64,000 bases of DNA from Eledone cirrhosa (GCA_964016885.1 OZ024742.1:137392001-137456000); one strand, 5' to 3'; shown: positions 23,480-37,200, counted from the first letter of the stretch. Numbers and translations: made by a program. Notes: generated by a model from the letters alone, not told the origin.

Positions 23480-24960
23480 TGCTCGATGAGAGTCGAGTCA
23501 TCTTAGTTCAATTATCCAGAGGTATTATTATGCATAGAACCAACAAGGTCAACCAGTGGCCTCCATTGCTCATCCGGTGCCAGCCCCTCAGCAACCTCCA
23601 ATGTGCCGTCGAGCCTCTGGAACGTTTCCTTGATAACATCCAGCCATTTGGTGCGGCGCCTGCTGCAGGGACTCTTCAAGCCTTTAGCTGCTGCGTCGAA
23701 CGAGAGTAATATCATGGTAGGATCATCTGACGGCAGGCGGAGAACATGTCTGTACAAGAGCATGCGGCGGATGGCTTTGTAGCGGGAGGCTCTGTTCTGA
23801 TGGCCTTGTTCCGTGTCCGGCTAAGCCGGCGTACAATTAAATATCACCAGCGTCCACAGTGAAATCCAGGACTGTTTGGGAGGACGTCACGCGCAGACAG
23901 GTTGATACTTGATTTAAATATCTCCCAGTTGTCGGTCTCGTCCTTGGCCAGGGCGCTAACGCAATTGGAGAGGGAGCATGCAAATGTAGAGGCGTTTTGG
24001 GAATCACGGAGACAGGATGAGTCAAGGCGGGGTTGGTACTTGGTGACAGGGTCCACTCGCAACCTCAGCTTCAGTGTGGCAGTCAGCAACTGGTAGCCGG
24101 TATTGCCAAGTTTAGCACCTAGGTAACAATCGACCCCCCAGCGGTGGGAGATGATGACGTGTTTCATCGCCTTCTGAGTGTAGCCGTGCAGACTGTACCA
24201 GTCTAATGATTGATGAGTTTGCAGGAGAACTATGTGTCGGCGATACAGAGATTGTTGTAGTGACACTGAAGCAGCAGGCAATTACCGTTGTCATTGGCGG
24301 GAAAAGGTTGTGCGAATTGGCTGAATCTGCAATGTGTCGGTTGTAGGGAACTTGGCAGAAGAAGAGATAGTAGATGTGAACGCCGTCAGGGTTTGTCCTA
24401 AAACCTGTTGGATCAGGACAGGGTAGTTGTCCCTCATAGTGTCCTCTGAGATATATGTAGGAACATAGGTTACGGTGATAGTTATCTTCCCATGAATGTG
24501 GATAAACTGGGCGAACAACAAACGATCGCTCGCTAGGTTGCAGCTGATGACTGACTTACGGTCGTGCATTTGCATGGATAGTGCCACGCTGCAGAGCCCG
24601 TCCGGTTTTAAAGTCCACTTCAGATGAGGCAGTCATCTCCCATGGGTCTTGCGTTGTCGTGGCGAATGGGGCATGTGTATTCGGTAAATCAGTGAGAGTG
24701 TTACTGTCTAGAGATTTGCGCCTGATAGGGCCATTCTAGGCGGGCCGGTCTCCGGTAACCCGCGGCGCGTCGACGCACCACCAATATGGCAGCCCCATCA
24801 TCCGACTACCGGAAAAAACCATCAACTAAACCGACCAGTTAAAACTGGTCTGCTCAAGATCAGAACGGACCTCTGCATGTCCTCTATCAAGAGAAATAGA
24901 CTTAAGCTCCAAAACTCGTGTTGCCATTGAACATCCTGTCGCTCCTTTGCTCCGGAGCAG
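23480..24960 (-). mobile_element. RTE-clade LINE, internally deleted (APE + C-terminus, most RT missing)
   Basis: SDRLLFAQFIHIHGKITITVTYVPT, WYS..., YQLLTATLKLRL, and C-terminal RHVLRLPSDDPT...RRRTKWLDVIKE. Confidence 0.75.
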
Positions 24961-26599
24961 TCACTCTGCTGCCCTGAGAACTGTCCCATTATAACATCAC
25001 ACTGGCGGGATTCTGCGAGAAACACTGGCCTGGCAGAGGCTTATTCATTCTTATTTTTAGAACATCAAATTTTCAAAAATGGCGCGGATTATCTTTCATA
25101 CATTCTGTAAAGCGTAGAATGGAAACTGATTGTGTTACGATCAGTGTCATGCATCGATAATTTAAGATTAATATACAACCACCATTGAGTCAGAATGAAA
25201 CTTGCACACAAGAAAATACATTTAGTTCTCTTCGTGAAACTTTGCCTTGAGATGTCATAGTTATTAAAGAAGGGCTGTAATTGAAAGAGGTTTGTAATGA
25301 AGTAGACATACACAATTGAAAAACATATTTTAATCACCGAATTAAATAGTTCAACAAGTGGAATATGTACTGATGCGTGATGAATATTAGTTCCGTTAAA
25401 GAGTCTAATAGAGAAGAATGTTGTAGAGAAAGAGTACCTATATGAAAATCCATTAATGAAATTGAAAATGAGACGCTAAGTGTAAACAAATTGTTATATA
25501 ATACTACAAATACAAATGTTTAAGAAGATAAATTAAATAGAAAAGAAAAGAAATTTAAAGACTATAATTCTAAGCCATCAGAGAAACTACCCACGTCACA
25601 TCTAGAGGAGAATGTGATCAAGTGTGAAAGTTTATAACGAGAACAAAGATGTTAAGACACGGAGTAAATGAATTATCGTTGTTTGATATTTAGCTGCAAT
25701 ACTTTTGAAATACCTTCAGAGGATTATGTACTTAATTGTAAATTTAACACGCCATTGCCTACGTTAAAAGTAGCGTCGTGTAGATTTTTAATCTTGGAAA
25801 ACTTGAATGGTGTTAAATGAGAATGATAGTATGATTGGTAAGACACCACTCCCCCCAAGCTATAGAATATTGGTTGAAATGGAAATTGTATCCAGTAATA
25901 AGTATACATATATTCCCATCAGTTCCTTTGACTTACTTGGTGATCATGACGAAACTTATTGTTTCAACTTTTCTCCTGAAGAAACGGCATCTTTGACTGT
26001 TGGATATGAAACAAATGCTCAAAGGTTATATCGTTTTTAGATTCTAGTTTCAGACGAGAGATCACCATGAACAGTTTATGGACTATAAACATTCCATCAA
26101 AGCTAATAATATTCATGATTGTGGAATAGCTATTGAGTTTATTAGTATTTATTTCATACGCCTCTGGTACGAAGTATGCTGTAATTTGGATTTGAAAATC
26201 AGACACTGAAGTATACCCAACGAACGAGGGTTTCGACATATTTTCGAAAACTGATTACTTGATTACATAGAACAATCTTTTTTTTAAAATTCAATTTGAA
26301 GTTTTATTGTAAACAATTCAAGTGTCTTTTATGGTTGTGAAAACGGAAAAGGAAGAGAAAAGCAAGGGTTCTCGGGTCACAGAGGAATGTGGAGGTGAAA
26401 GGGAGAGGGTGATGTGCTATGGGCTTAGGGTGCGGCGACATTGAACAGATTATTTCAATGTTTCATTAACATCTGGATTCTGGCATATGATAATATATAA
26501 TCGTCTTCACGAATATTTTTTAGAGTTTTTACTCATTCCACCTGTTTTCAAGATTATGTCACCTAATTTTATAGCCAACAATCTCGTCAAAAGAGAATG

Positions 26600-26960
26600 A
26601 TGTAATGTCGCTTGGAACGTACGAGGGGAGAAGGGGATAGCTATCATCGGAATCAGGAACTCGCCTTAGGTTCTTTCAGATCAACAATTTATAGGATTTG
26701 TGTTTTCTACTCTGAAATTAAGTTGTATAGCTCTTATATACGCTCCAGAATAACTTATTTATTAATACTCTCATGATTATGCTGTTCTCACAGTGCTACT
26801 AGGTAATCTAAACAGGTTAAAGGTAAATGTTTCTCATTTTGAACAAACCTTTTCTTATGTATGAGGCAATGGCTGACGTTATATTCTTGCACCGTCTACA
26901 ATTTTCAAAATCGGTTCTGTTTGCTCGATGTTAGCGTTTCTAGTAGATACAGCTCGATGC
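26600..26960 (+). mobile_element. Very degraded APE-endonuclease fragment of an old LINE
   Basis: Manual translation gives KGIAII, SDQQFI, IALIYAP and VLLGNLN in the order of the APE motifs GVAI / D.R / YAP / GDFN. Confidence 0.4.
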
Positions 26961-26986
26961 TATTTCAATGAATTCATAGAAAACCA

Positions 26987-27109
<123 letters not shown>

Positions 27110-27299
27110 TTTATATATGTCAATTATGGCCAAAAGGTTAAGATCACGTAAGAATGATTTTAAAATCCCCAATTAATGCAGAGTAGTATTGTTTCATCTA
27201 TTTTATATTTCGAAAAATACTTCCAGCATCTTCAATATATCACCATCGTTATTTGAATAATTTTAAAGCTTTGATCTTGTCATGTGTGAATACCTAAGA

Positions 27300-28410
27300 A
27301 ATGGGCAACACAATCATCATGTCCTAATATTGAAAAATCCCAAATTTTATCTGTAAGACCTAATTTACTCCGACCATGGGATTCCAGTCAAATAGTGTCA
27401 TAGTACTACAACAGTTCATAATTCTATTAACAAATACTACATTTTTTAGTCATATTCAAACTGAAACAAAAACGTTAGCTATGATTGTATTTTTAAAAAC
27501 CACTCACGTTCGCCTACAATTTCATGCAGAAAACAAACGTTATCTACGTTACCTGGTAGTGGTACATATGTTAGTCGCATCTCTTTCCCCCATAGTTGTA
27601 TCATGAATTTTGTTAAAAGCTTGCAAGCATACCCGCAAGCCAAGATTGATATTGGATATGAAAAAGAAGCCCCTGGCATTCACAAAAATACATGAACACC
27701 GGATGAAGAGAAATTAAGTTAAGTTGTTTTCTGGTGAATCAACGATGCAGTATTTTGAAATAGGCTAGTACCGAATCAAGAGGCCTCGTGGAATAATATA
27801 TGATGAAAAACATCCTATTTAGAAAAGGAAACAGAATCTGGCATATGATCTGGGGTTACATTTCTAAGTATAGAATAGGTGATTTATTTTTCTTTGAACA
27901 AGCAACAACTAGAATGGCCAAAACTACCTGAAATTGGTGTTGGACAAACATGAAATACACATGCACATGTATGAATGCAATGCATTCATAAACACTGTTG
28001 CTCCATGGTACAAGACAAAGATTGTGCAAAAATACTGTTAAAAGTTTAAGCTCACATTATTGAGCATAGTTACGTCCCTTTACGATCTGAGTTCAAATCC
28101 CGCCGAGGTTGACTTTGCCTTTCATCCTTACGGGGTCGATAAAATAAAGTACCAGTAATGCACTGGGTAATTGCTGGCCTTGTGCCTAAAGTAGAAACAA
28201 TTATTGAATAGACGCTAACGTGGATCTCATTGAAAATATATTAGAAGAAGGGAAGCATTAGGTTGCAGACAAAGATGCATCCAGAGTAAAGGCATGAAGA
28301 ACGTGCGGATTAAAGACATTTTACAGGAACATTGCCAGTCTTCTGTGTCCAGCATACCTATTTGTATACAAGCCGTCAACAAGACATAAACAAATATTAG
28401 TTTATAGTGA
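27300..28410 (+). mobile_element. Tc1-like DNA transposon transposase fossil, interrupted by a SINE
   Basis: Manual translation: RKPRLILDMKKKPLAF, KLFSGES (FSDES), KRPRG, MIWGYIS, NGQNYL, FINTVAPWY (FMQDGAPCH). After the SINE: DLIENIL (DLNPIENLW), SSIPICIQAV (SMPRRLQAV). TIRs not found. Confidence 0.8.
28063..28205 (+). mobile_element. 5'-truncated SINE inside Tc1, TSD attattga
   Basis: B box, central domain and tail present. attattga at 28056-28063 and 28200-28207. Confidence 0.88.
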
Positions 28411-28619
28411 GGTTGACGGTGTAAAGTGAGTATTTTAATTTTATAAGATGTTGTAATATAGGCCTGAACGTGTGCCTGGTTGACACGCGCGAAGGACGGT
28501 ACGGTATGTTTCTTTTTCGTACCGTTCACCATATTGCAGTTTTGGTGGTCTTCTTCGTGTCACTCATTAATCTGGTACTTTCTCAACCAGCGAAAAATAT
28601 ATTGCAGTCTTAATTTCAT

Positions 28620-29810
28620 GCCACAAAAACTGGCGATGGGCCTGCAACATCACAACACTTAGAGGTAAGGAGCAGGAACAAGTGGAGGATGGTAGATGCT
28701 ACCGGCTAGATATAGTTGGGATTTCCTCAACAAACTTCCGTGGCTGTGGTATGGTAGAATTGGTTAGATGATGGAAACTCTACTACTCAAGTGTGCTGCC
28801 GGAAATGACTGCACAAGCGGAAGTGGGGATACTCTCAAGCCCCCGGCTGTCAGAATGTATTAGACTAGATTCCATCAGTAAGGAGGATTTGCCTCTTGAA
28901 ACTTAGGCTGAAGGATAGATCTCTGTGGATAGTGAACGCTTATGCACCAAACAAGCAGTCCGAAGAGAGATATTTCCTGCAGCGTTTGATGTAATTAAGA
29001 CCGAGTCATATATTCTGACGAGTGATGTCCATGCACTTGTTGACACTGACCACCAGACACGGAAAGGATTGATTGAAAGGAATGGCGAACCCAATCTAAC
29101 TACGAATGAAGAGACGTTATTAGAATTCTGTTCTAACAATGGACACTCTATTATGAACACCTTCTTCCAGCACAGAAACATCCATAAATATATATGGTAT
29201 AAGGGGAACCGGGGACAGAGATCAGTAATTGATTTTATTACTATATCTGATATCTTCGATTCTGTGCTGGATTTACCTGTTAAGAGAGGTGCTGAGCTCC
29301 ATCTAGTTTTCAGCAGGTTGAGATAACCTAAAGCCAAATAAGCCGACGATAAAGTGGGGAGCGTTGGTAGATAAGGAAATCAGGACTAAGTATGCTGATA
29401 TTATTGAATCAAAATTCAGAGAACTGTCTGAGGACGTCGAGACAGAGTGGTGATTGTTCAACTCAGCAGTTTCTACTTCCGCTGTTAAATAGCGGGCGAA
29501 AGAGACTTGGTGAGGCACCGGATGGCAAGAGGACCCCTTGGTTCAATCAAGAGGTCAAAGATGCCCTCTGATCAAAAAGGAGGGCTAAAAATCTTGGCTT
29601 TGAAATAATTCCTCCTTCTTGCACTTGCAGTACAAACAGGCATGATAACTCGCAGCAGAGGCAGTAAAACCGTTTGGGTTATGATATGATGGAATCAAAC
29701 TTTCGATCAGCAGATATACTGTTCTGGCCGACCATCCGCCGTCATCGTAATAAGAAGTCCTCCACCAAACCTGCTATCAGGAACGCGTTTTGGATAATCC
29801 TCTCTTCAGA
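28620..29810 (+). mobile_element. RTE-clade (Rex3/Expander-like) LINE, APE fragment
   Basis: GKEQE...YRLDIVGISST, VNAYAP, LLEFCSNNGHSIMNTFFQHR, GQRSVIDFI, KRGAEL, RTPWFNQEVK. Confidence 0.8.
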
Positions 29811-31125
29811 CGAGTATCCAGTTAGCATATTCCTTACGCATTAACCTCCGCCCCACATTTCAAGCTAATCACAACATAGAAAGCTTTAAGTGCGTCATTG
29901 TATAGTTATACCAAAATCCCTATATAACTCAGCCATCAAGAGAAACTTGACAACCTGCTTGGAGTCTGAATACGGCGCCAGCGGTTGTTAAATTGAATAA
30001 ATAAGTAAATTAATCCGACTAATTCTTAAACCTATGTAAGCCAGAGTGACTGACCCACTTGATAATTTGACAACTTAGTCTTGAGACCATCCACATATTC
30101 TTAACAAGGGTATATTATCAACCACACTTTCTTGCCTATAGAAACCTTTATATATTTCATATGCTTACTTGTAGTGGAACTGCTTTCTTCGTGTTCAGAA
30201 CTACGGTGGCATATCTAATACAAAACATTACAAATTAACACCTGTCTGATAAAACCCATCAAAGTGTTATTATGCAATCACTTTGGTATCTTTGAAATAC
30301 GTATAACAGGATGTATACATAAAACCGACTCTCTTTTTTATAGTATATACATATATGTGTGTGTTTGCGCACGCACGCGTGTGTGTGTATGTGTGCGCGT
30401 GCGTGCCTCGTTTTGTGGGATTTTCTTCCCTGTATTCATGTAAATGATAGTTTATGTTTACTTGCATATTATTGTCCCGTTGTTTTGCTTTTCTAAATAA
30501 TAGTGTTTTTATTTCTTTGTTTAAAGAAGCTTCACTGAAAAGAGTTAAAAATTATGGAATGTGAATGTATTTCTAATCTCCAAAGGATATAGTGTATCAG
30601 AATTTCAGCTTTTATGCTGTCATCCACCTGGCTAGGCTTCTTATTAACTGGAATTCAACCGATTCTTATCAAATAAATGGAGCAGGCAAAGAAGCAAAGG
30701 AAAAGAAGATGGATAAAATCCTCATAAAAGAGGGAAATATATGATCTTAGTAAGAACAGCTGTTGTATTTCCCCTAACGTTGAAGTCAATATTTCCCGTC
30801 TGAGTTACTCATCATTTAACATTACTTTCTTATCTGGTAATGATCTTGAAACAGTCTCTTTCTCATATTTCGGAATTTTTATATGTATTGTTGAGTGATA
30901 TTTTGTGAGGCATGTGTACATGCATAGATATTAGTGTTTCTGTCTGGTAATGCCTATCCACACACACCTTCACATACATAATAACACACACATACACATA
31001 CACACACTGATATAGATACATATTTATAACTTTGAATGGGTATGATTGAGATTGTTCTCATGAGTGTTGTGAGCCTCGTCTTTTTTGTGTGCATTTTCGA
31101 GTGGACGTCTGTTTGATCGCGTGTC

Positions 31126-31281
<156 letters not shown>

Positions 31282-32367
31282 AGATTGCGAGTGTAGTTCA
31301 TCTTAACGATCTTTCGTTTCTCAATGCAATGTTGTGCAAATTCTCCAATTTTACTCAGAATAATTCTGAAAATTATCCCAATACTCACATAGAATTATAT
31401 CAATGATACATGCCGTAATGTACACGCTATATAGTTAATGGTCATGGTTAGAATATAACAGAACTCTCACATCAAACTCTTAAAAGAGAACGCACTGGAT
31501 AATGTAGAATAGGGTTCAAAATCCCTCGAAAAACAATATATGTTAACATATATTATATTTCAGTTCTATTCGGATTTCATTCTCTTTTTTATATCTATTT
31601 ATTTTCTGAGAATATTATAACGTTCTTTATTATTATTTTAATTAAATAAGAAAAATACAGTTTCAAACTGGAAAACAGATTATGAGATTTAGGTTGCATT
31701 TAACCTGGTGCGAAATGTGTAAATGTTACTGATGAGGGACTACAACCTAGTAAGACGTATCTGCCCTTCTCACTGCAGACTAAAACAGATGTGACATGAT
31801 CACAGCTTAAAATATTCATAGCATGACTCTTGTATTTTATTATACCTAACCATACCGTTTCATATACGCTTCTTTAATTAACAACAATTTGTTAGTACTA
31901 TTGCTAATTAATTCTAAACTATTAAGCTTGCACTATATGCAAAGCACCGACACCAGCCGAGATTTCATTTACAATACAAACAAATATATTCAGCCTATAT
32001 GTCATACGCAAAAATTCATGTAAGCTTTAGCTTATTGTTTCTGTGCCGAGTTAGTAAATATAAGTCTATACCAAATGCATTAAAGAACTGTAAAACAGCG
32101 AATTCTGCCAAATAACTCTATTATTTGAGATAAGGGGCCTTTAACTACTGATTCCATGTAAATACGACAGTTATGCTATACAACGTGGATGTAATAAACA
32201 TTTCATACAAACAATTGAAGCGTTGAGTAACTTGAAACTCTTCAGTAAATGTAGGAATCCGAGGTGTAGAATCTAACTGTAACAATTGATTTCTATAAAA
32301 ATAGCGTATCGATAGTCAATCGATAAGATCCTAGACCTCATTCACTTAAAGAGTTGGGTGGAGCTCA

Positions 32368-32446
32368 ACAAATCGGACCGAGGAAACAATGTTTCCATTG
32401 GTCTTTCAAGTTGCTAATAGTATCTGTCGGTCGCAAATCTAGCCAG
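32368..32446 (-). mobile_element. Fragment of second SINE-like repeat (3' part)
   Basis: Matches 33620-33690 and the reverse complement of 34615-34685. Confidence 0.6.
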
Positions 32447-32569
32447 AAAAAAATGTATATATATATTTATACTGTGTCTATGTTTGTGTATAATTTTTTT
32501 TTTTGTTCTTCTTGTATAATTGTTTTTTTTTGTTCTTCTTTTTCATTTTTTGGGGGGGCGATTTAATAG

Positions 32570-32620
32570 ATTTCCCTCCCCAAAATTGATGGCCTTGTGC
32601 CTATATAAGAAACTATTATT
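32570..32620 (+). mobile_element. SINE 3' tail fragment
   Basis: 'ccaaaattgatggccttgtgcctatataagaaactattatt'. Confidence 0.6.
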
Positions 32621-33235
32621 TTGTCTGTATGTACGTCATTCTTAGATCAGTGTAAGGTAAACGAATAATTCATACATTATAGCAGAATGGAGTCTAAATA
32701 TTATAATTTTAACTTTGGTAGGATGTCACTGTTTTACCGCATTCAGATAAAACAGATTTGACTTTGCCGTTTATACATTTCTAGTGTTATATAAGCAAAA
32801 CCTAAACATTTAGAGTTTGTTTTCCTTTGAGTTGAGAACTAATAACTGCCAACAGCAAATATTTTAGCAAACAATCTCTGTAAACTACCTTTCAAAGGTA
32901 ACACTAAGGTAATGAAAATAAGACACACATTTTACATGATTCCATTTACTGCCACAACGAAAAAAGTATTATGTAACATTCATTCCTCTACCTTACATTG
33001 TATGTTATTCTGCACTCATATAGAGGACTGAGTTTTACTTATTTGGTACACAACCTACTATATGTTTGTGTAGGTACAGGTTCCACACACATATACACTT
33101 AAAACACATACAAACAGACACTAGTGTATATATATAAATATATATGTGTGTGTGTGTGTATCTTTCTACCAATATACATGTACGTAAAATGCCTTTCAAT
33201 AGCTTTGTTTTCCCCTCTCCCTCCCCTCTCTCTGA

Positions 33236-33321
33236 ATATATATGTAAATACACACACACATACACACACACACACACACACACATATATAGATATCTACA
33301 TATATATATACATATATATAT

Positions 33322-33382
<61 letters not shown>

Positions 33383-33420
33383 CACATATATGTATATATA
33401 TATATATATACACAATATAT
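33236..33420. repeat. (CA)n/(TA)n microsatellite
   Basis: Read directly from the sequence. Confidence 0.95.
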
Positions 33421-33597
33421 TAATAAATGGAAAGTATATTTATAAAACCATATGTATTTTATTATACATTTTTCAAGGGCAACCAAGGCAAATTATGGTG
33501 CGCTTTCATCAGATAAAATACAGATTTATTTTATAAATAAATTCTGTTTATTTGTTTTATATAATAACCTCTGCATATATATATATATATAAATAAA

Positions 33598-33799
33598 TAA
33601 AGGATCGATCGACTTTCCTCAAATCGGACCGAGGAAAGAATGTTTTCGTCGGTCTTTCCAGTTGCTAATACTATCTATCGGTCACAACTCCAGGTAGTAG
33701 GAGCAACTGGAAATAAAGTGTCTTTCTCAAGGACATAACGCATCGTCCGGTCCAGGAATCGAACTCACAATCTCAAGATTGTGAATCCAATTCTCTAAC

Positions 33800-33802
<3 letters not shown>
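33598..33802 (-). mobile_element. Second tRNA-derived SINE family (CORE-like central part)
   Basis: Minus strand reads gtggttagagaattgg...GAGTTCGATTCC (B box)...tgtccttgagaaagacactttattt. Confidence 0.75.
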
Positions 33803-33854
<52 letters not shown>

Positions 33855-33994
33855 GTTATATATTAGTAAGGTGTATTATTGGTTGTATCAAACGGTCCAA
33901 TAAATTTTTGTTAGCAATATTAAGTTCTCCACTCTTTTGTATATCTCCAATTCCATTTATGGGAACAGCTAGATTATGTAAAACGGAGTATTAG

Positions 33995-34370
33995 TATCAA
34001 AATAAAGATCCGAAATCATGGTATAAATATCCAATCATTTTAATCACGACACATGTTTCAATAAGAGATAGATCGATCGCGTAGCCATGATCGATTATCA
34101 CTGATCCCATCAGCTGAAAATGAATTGTCTTCAAATCCTTGATATGAGGGAGAAAATTAATGATGTTCACTCACATATGAGGGACTAAACTCTGTGAGTG
34201 AACATCGTTAATGTTATCCCTCATATCAAGGATTTGAAGACAATTCATTTTCACCTGACAAGATCAGTGATAATCGATCATGGCTACACGATCGATCTAT
34301 CTCTTATTGAAACATGTGTCATGATTAAAATGATTAGAAATTTATACCATGCCTTCGGATCTTTATTTTG

Positions 34371-34373
<3 letters not shown>
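33995..34373. repeat. About 380-bp palindrome (about 180-bp arms, 17-nt spacer), probable inverted Penelope-like pLTR pair
   Basis: 33995-34175 is the reverse complement of 34193-34373 with scattered mismatches. Each arm has a hammerhead-like motif, and the right end abuts (TA)n. Confidence 0.9.
34245..34333 (+). ncRNA. Degenerate type I hammerhead ribozyme motif (mirror copy at 34123-34035 on minus strand)
   Basis: tcattttcac-CTGACAA (mirror CTGATGG)-long stem II with atcgatc/gatcgat-GAAAC-atgt-GTC-(a/g)tgattaaaatga. Confidence 0.55.
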
Positions 34374-34401
<28 letters not shown>

Positions 34402-34557
34402 TGTATGTGTATGTATGTGTGTGTATGTGTATGTGTATGTGTGTGTGTGTGTGTGTATTTATATATATATTCAGAGAGAGAGATAGGGGGAGGGAGGGAG
34501 AGGGGAAAACAAAGCTATTGAAAGGCATTTTACGTACATGTATATTGTGAATTCGAG

Positions 34558-34703
34558 TGATGCGTTATGTCCTTGAGCAAGACACTTTATTTCATGTTGC
34601 TCCTTCTACCTGGAGTCGCGACCGATAGATAGTATTAGCAATTTGAAAGACCAATGGAAACAATGTTTACTCGGTTTGAATTGACGACAGTCGATCGTTC
34701 CTT
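34558..34703 (+). mobile_element. Second SINE family, 5'-truncated
   Basis: Reverse complement of 33598-33745. Confidence 0.75.
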
Positions 34704-34704
34704 A

Positions 34705-34735
<31 letters not shown>

Positions 34736-35464
34736 GAGTGTGTGTATGTGAGTGAGAGAGAGAGTCTATGTGTGTTTAAGGATTTGGCTGAGATGTCCAA
34801 CGGCTGACTATAAAGGATTGATGCAACAGTTGTGAAATCTTGGATACATTCATTTCAACTCTTGTGAATAACTACAGAATTTTGTCTCATTTGGTCATTC
34901 CATGAGAGTATCTCTGTCAGCCTAAGAACTTTTCAGCCGACTCTCATATGTATGTATGCAAACACACACACACATATATATATATTATTATTATTTATTT
35001 GTATATAGATGCTGTGCACACACGCACATAAATATATATATATATATACATGTGTGTGTGTATGTATGTGTGCCTGTGTCGTGTGTGTGTGGGTGTGTGT
35101 GTGTACATGTGTGTGTATGAGAAAGTAAGGTTTCTTTCATATCCCTCACGGGTAAAAATGTAGAAAGAAGTTGAAAAATGCATTTGCGCTCTTTAAGAAG
35201 ATTTATTTGCAATCACTTTACTGGTTTCACAGATTAATGATTTTCAAATGCATCGAATAACGGCATAGCCATACTCTCCAATAACATTTCCAACTTCATT
35301 TTCCTATATATATAGAAAGAGAGAGGTGCAATGAAATTGAATCTTTAAAGTGGCTTATCAACAATAATATATATATATATATATATAACGAAGGAAATGT
35401 GGTAAGGAACCAGGTGGACCATAACGCACCAAAGTACTCAATACTTACGGTAGTAGAGTGGGTA

Positions 35465-35588
35465 ATAGGAACGAGTAGGACCCCGACGGCTGAGCTCAAG
35501 CCGTTTCGACGGCTAATTGTGACGCTAATTACAGAATTAGCCGTGGAAACGGCTTGAGCTCAGCCGTCAGGGTCCTACTCGTTCCTAT
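35465..35588. repeat. About 124-bp GC-rich palindrome in a (TA)n context
   Basis: ataggaacgagtaggaccccgacggctgagctcaagccgtttcgacggctaattgtg and its near-perfect reverse complement, with an about 10-nt spacer. Confidence 0.9.
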
Positions 35589-35826
35589 ATATATATATAT
35601 ATATCAACCTGATTAGTACTTTTCTCAACCTGATTAGTTCTATCGTTGCTTTGGTATATTTTGTGTGTTAGTTTCACCTACCACAATGTTCGATTTGTCA
35701 AGCTATTTAAACGTATGTTATAACTCTAAGGCCCTATCTTATCGAATGCTTTGCTAACTCATCATTTCATATAAGTCGACCGAATTTACTTGCAAACCCT
35801 CCAGAGATTCGATTTTACTGATTTCC

Positions 35827-36091
<265 letters not shown>

Positions 36092-36357
36092 TGTTTGAGA
36101 GAGTCGTGTGTGTGATTGTGAGTCTGACGGCGTATATATTGGATGATGAACGTAAAGATACATTCTATTTCTGGTGAATATCAAACTTTATTTCATAATA
36201 TTCCAGTCTCTCTTTCAGCAGATTTTATTAATAAGATAATATATTACAAGTTTAACGTCTCAGTATATTGTATGGTGCTGTTAATATATAATATTTTGAT
36301 ATTAAAAGGACATTTATAGTAACTGTTTCGATTCTGATAACCGCTTCATATAAAAGA

Positions 36358-36440
36358 GTATATATGTATATATGTATATACATATATATATATATATATA
36401 TATACATATATATGTATATATGTATATACATGCATATATA

Positions 36441-36472
<32 letters not shown>

Positions 36473-36495
36473 CATATATAAATATACATATATAC

Positions 36496-36574
<79 letters not shown>

Positions 36575-36696
36575 GATATGTATACATATATATATACATA
36601 TATGTATACATATATATGTACATATATATATATACATATACTTATATATATATGCATATATATATATATATATATGTATACATATATGTATACTCC

Positions 36697-36762
<66 letters not shown>

Positions 36763-36764
36763 CA
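36358..36764. repeat. Long (TA)/(CA)/(TG) compound microsatellite
   Basis: Read directly from the sequence. Confidence 0.97.
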
Positions 36765-37012
36765 TTTAAAATACAGTGCAGCTGACGCGTTTTCAAGTAG
36801 TTTCCATGAATATTATTCAAAACGCACCTAATAATGAAACAGAGATCTCCTTAAATATCTTCCCATCCTGCATCCGCACGCACACAAACACAAACACAGA
36901 CACTCACTCACACATATATAAATGTACAGGCGCATACATACATATACATACATATACATACATGCAATTATATATACAATAAACTCAGATATATCATCGT
37001 AATATATCATCT

Positions 37013-37200
37013 TGTGGATTGGCAGTATCGGTAGAAGGTCGGAGGCCATGCTTTCCAGCATAGTTACGTCCCTTTACGATCTGAGTTCAAATCCCGCCGA
37101 GGTTTACTTTGCCTTTCATGCTTACGAGGTCGATAAAATAAAGTACCAGTAATGTACTGGGATAATTGCTGGCCTTGTGCCAAAAGTAGAAACAATTATT
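37013..37200 (+). mobile_element. tRNA-derived SINE, full length
   Basis: A/B boxes, central domain, tail 'ggccttgtgccaaaagtagaaacaattatt'. Confidence 0.9.

Noticed and set aside
31705-31750. GAAA...CTGATGA as a type II/III hammerhead
   Set aside because: Stems I and II cannot be paired.
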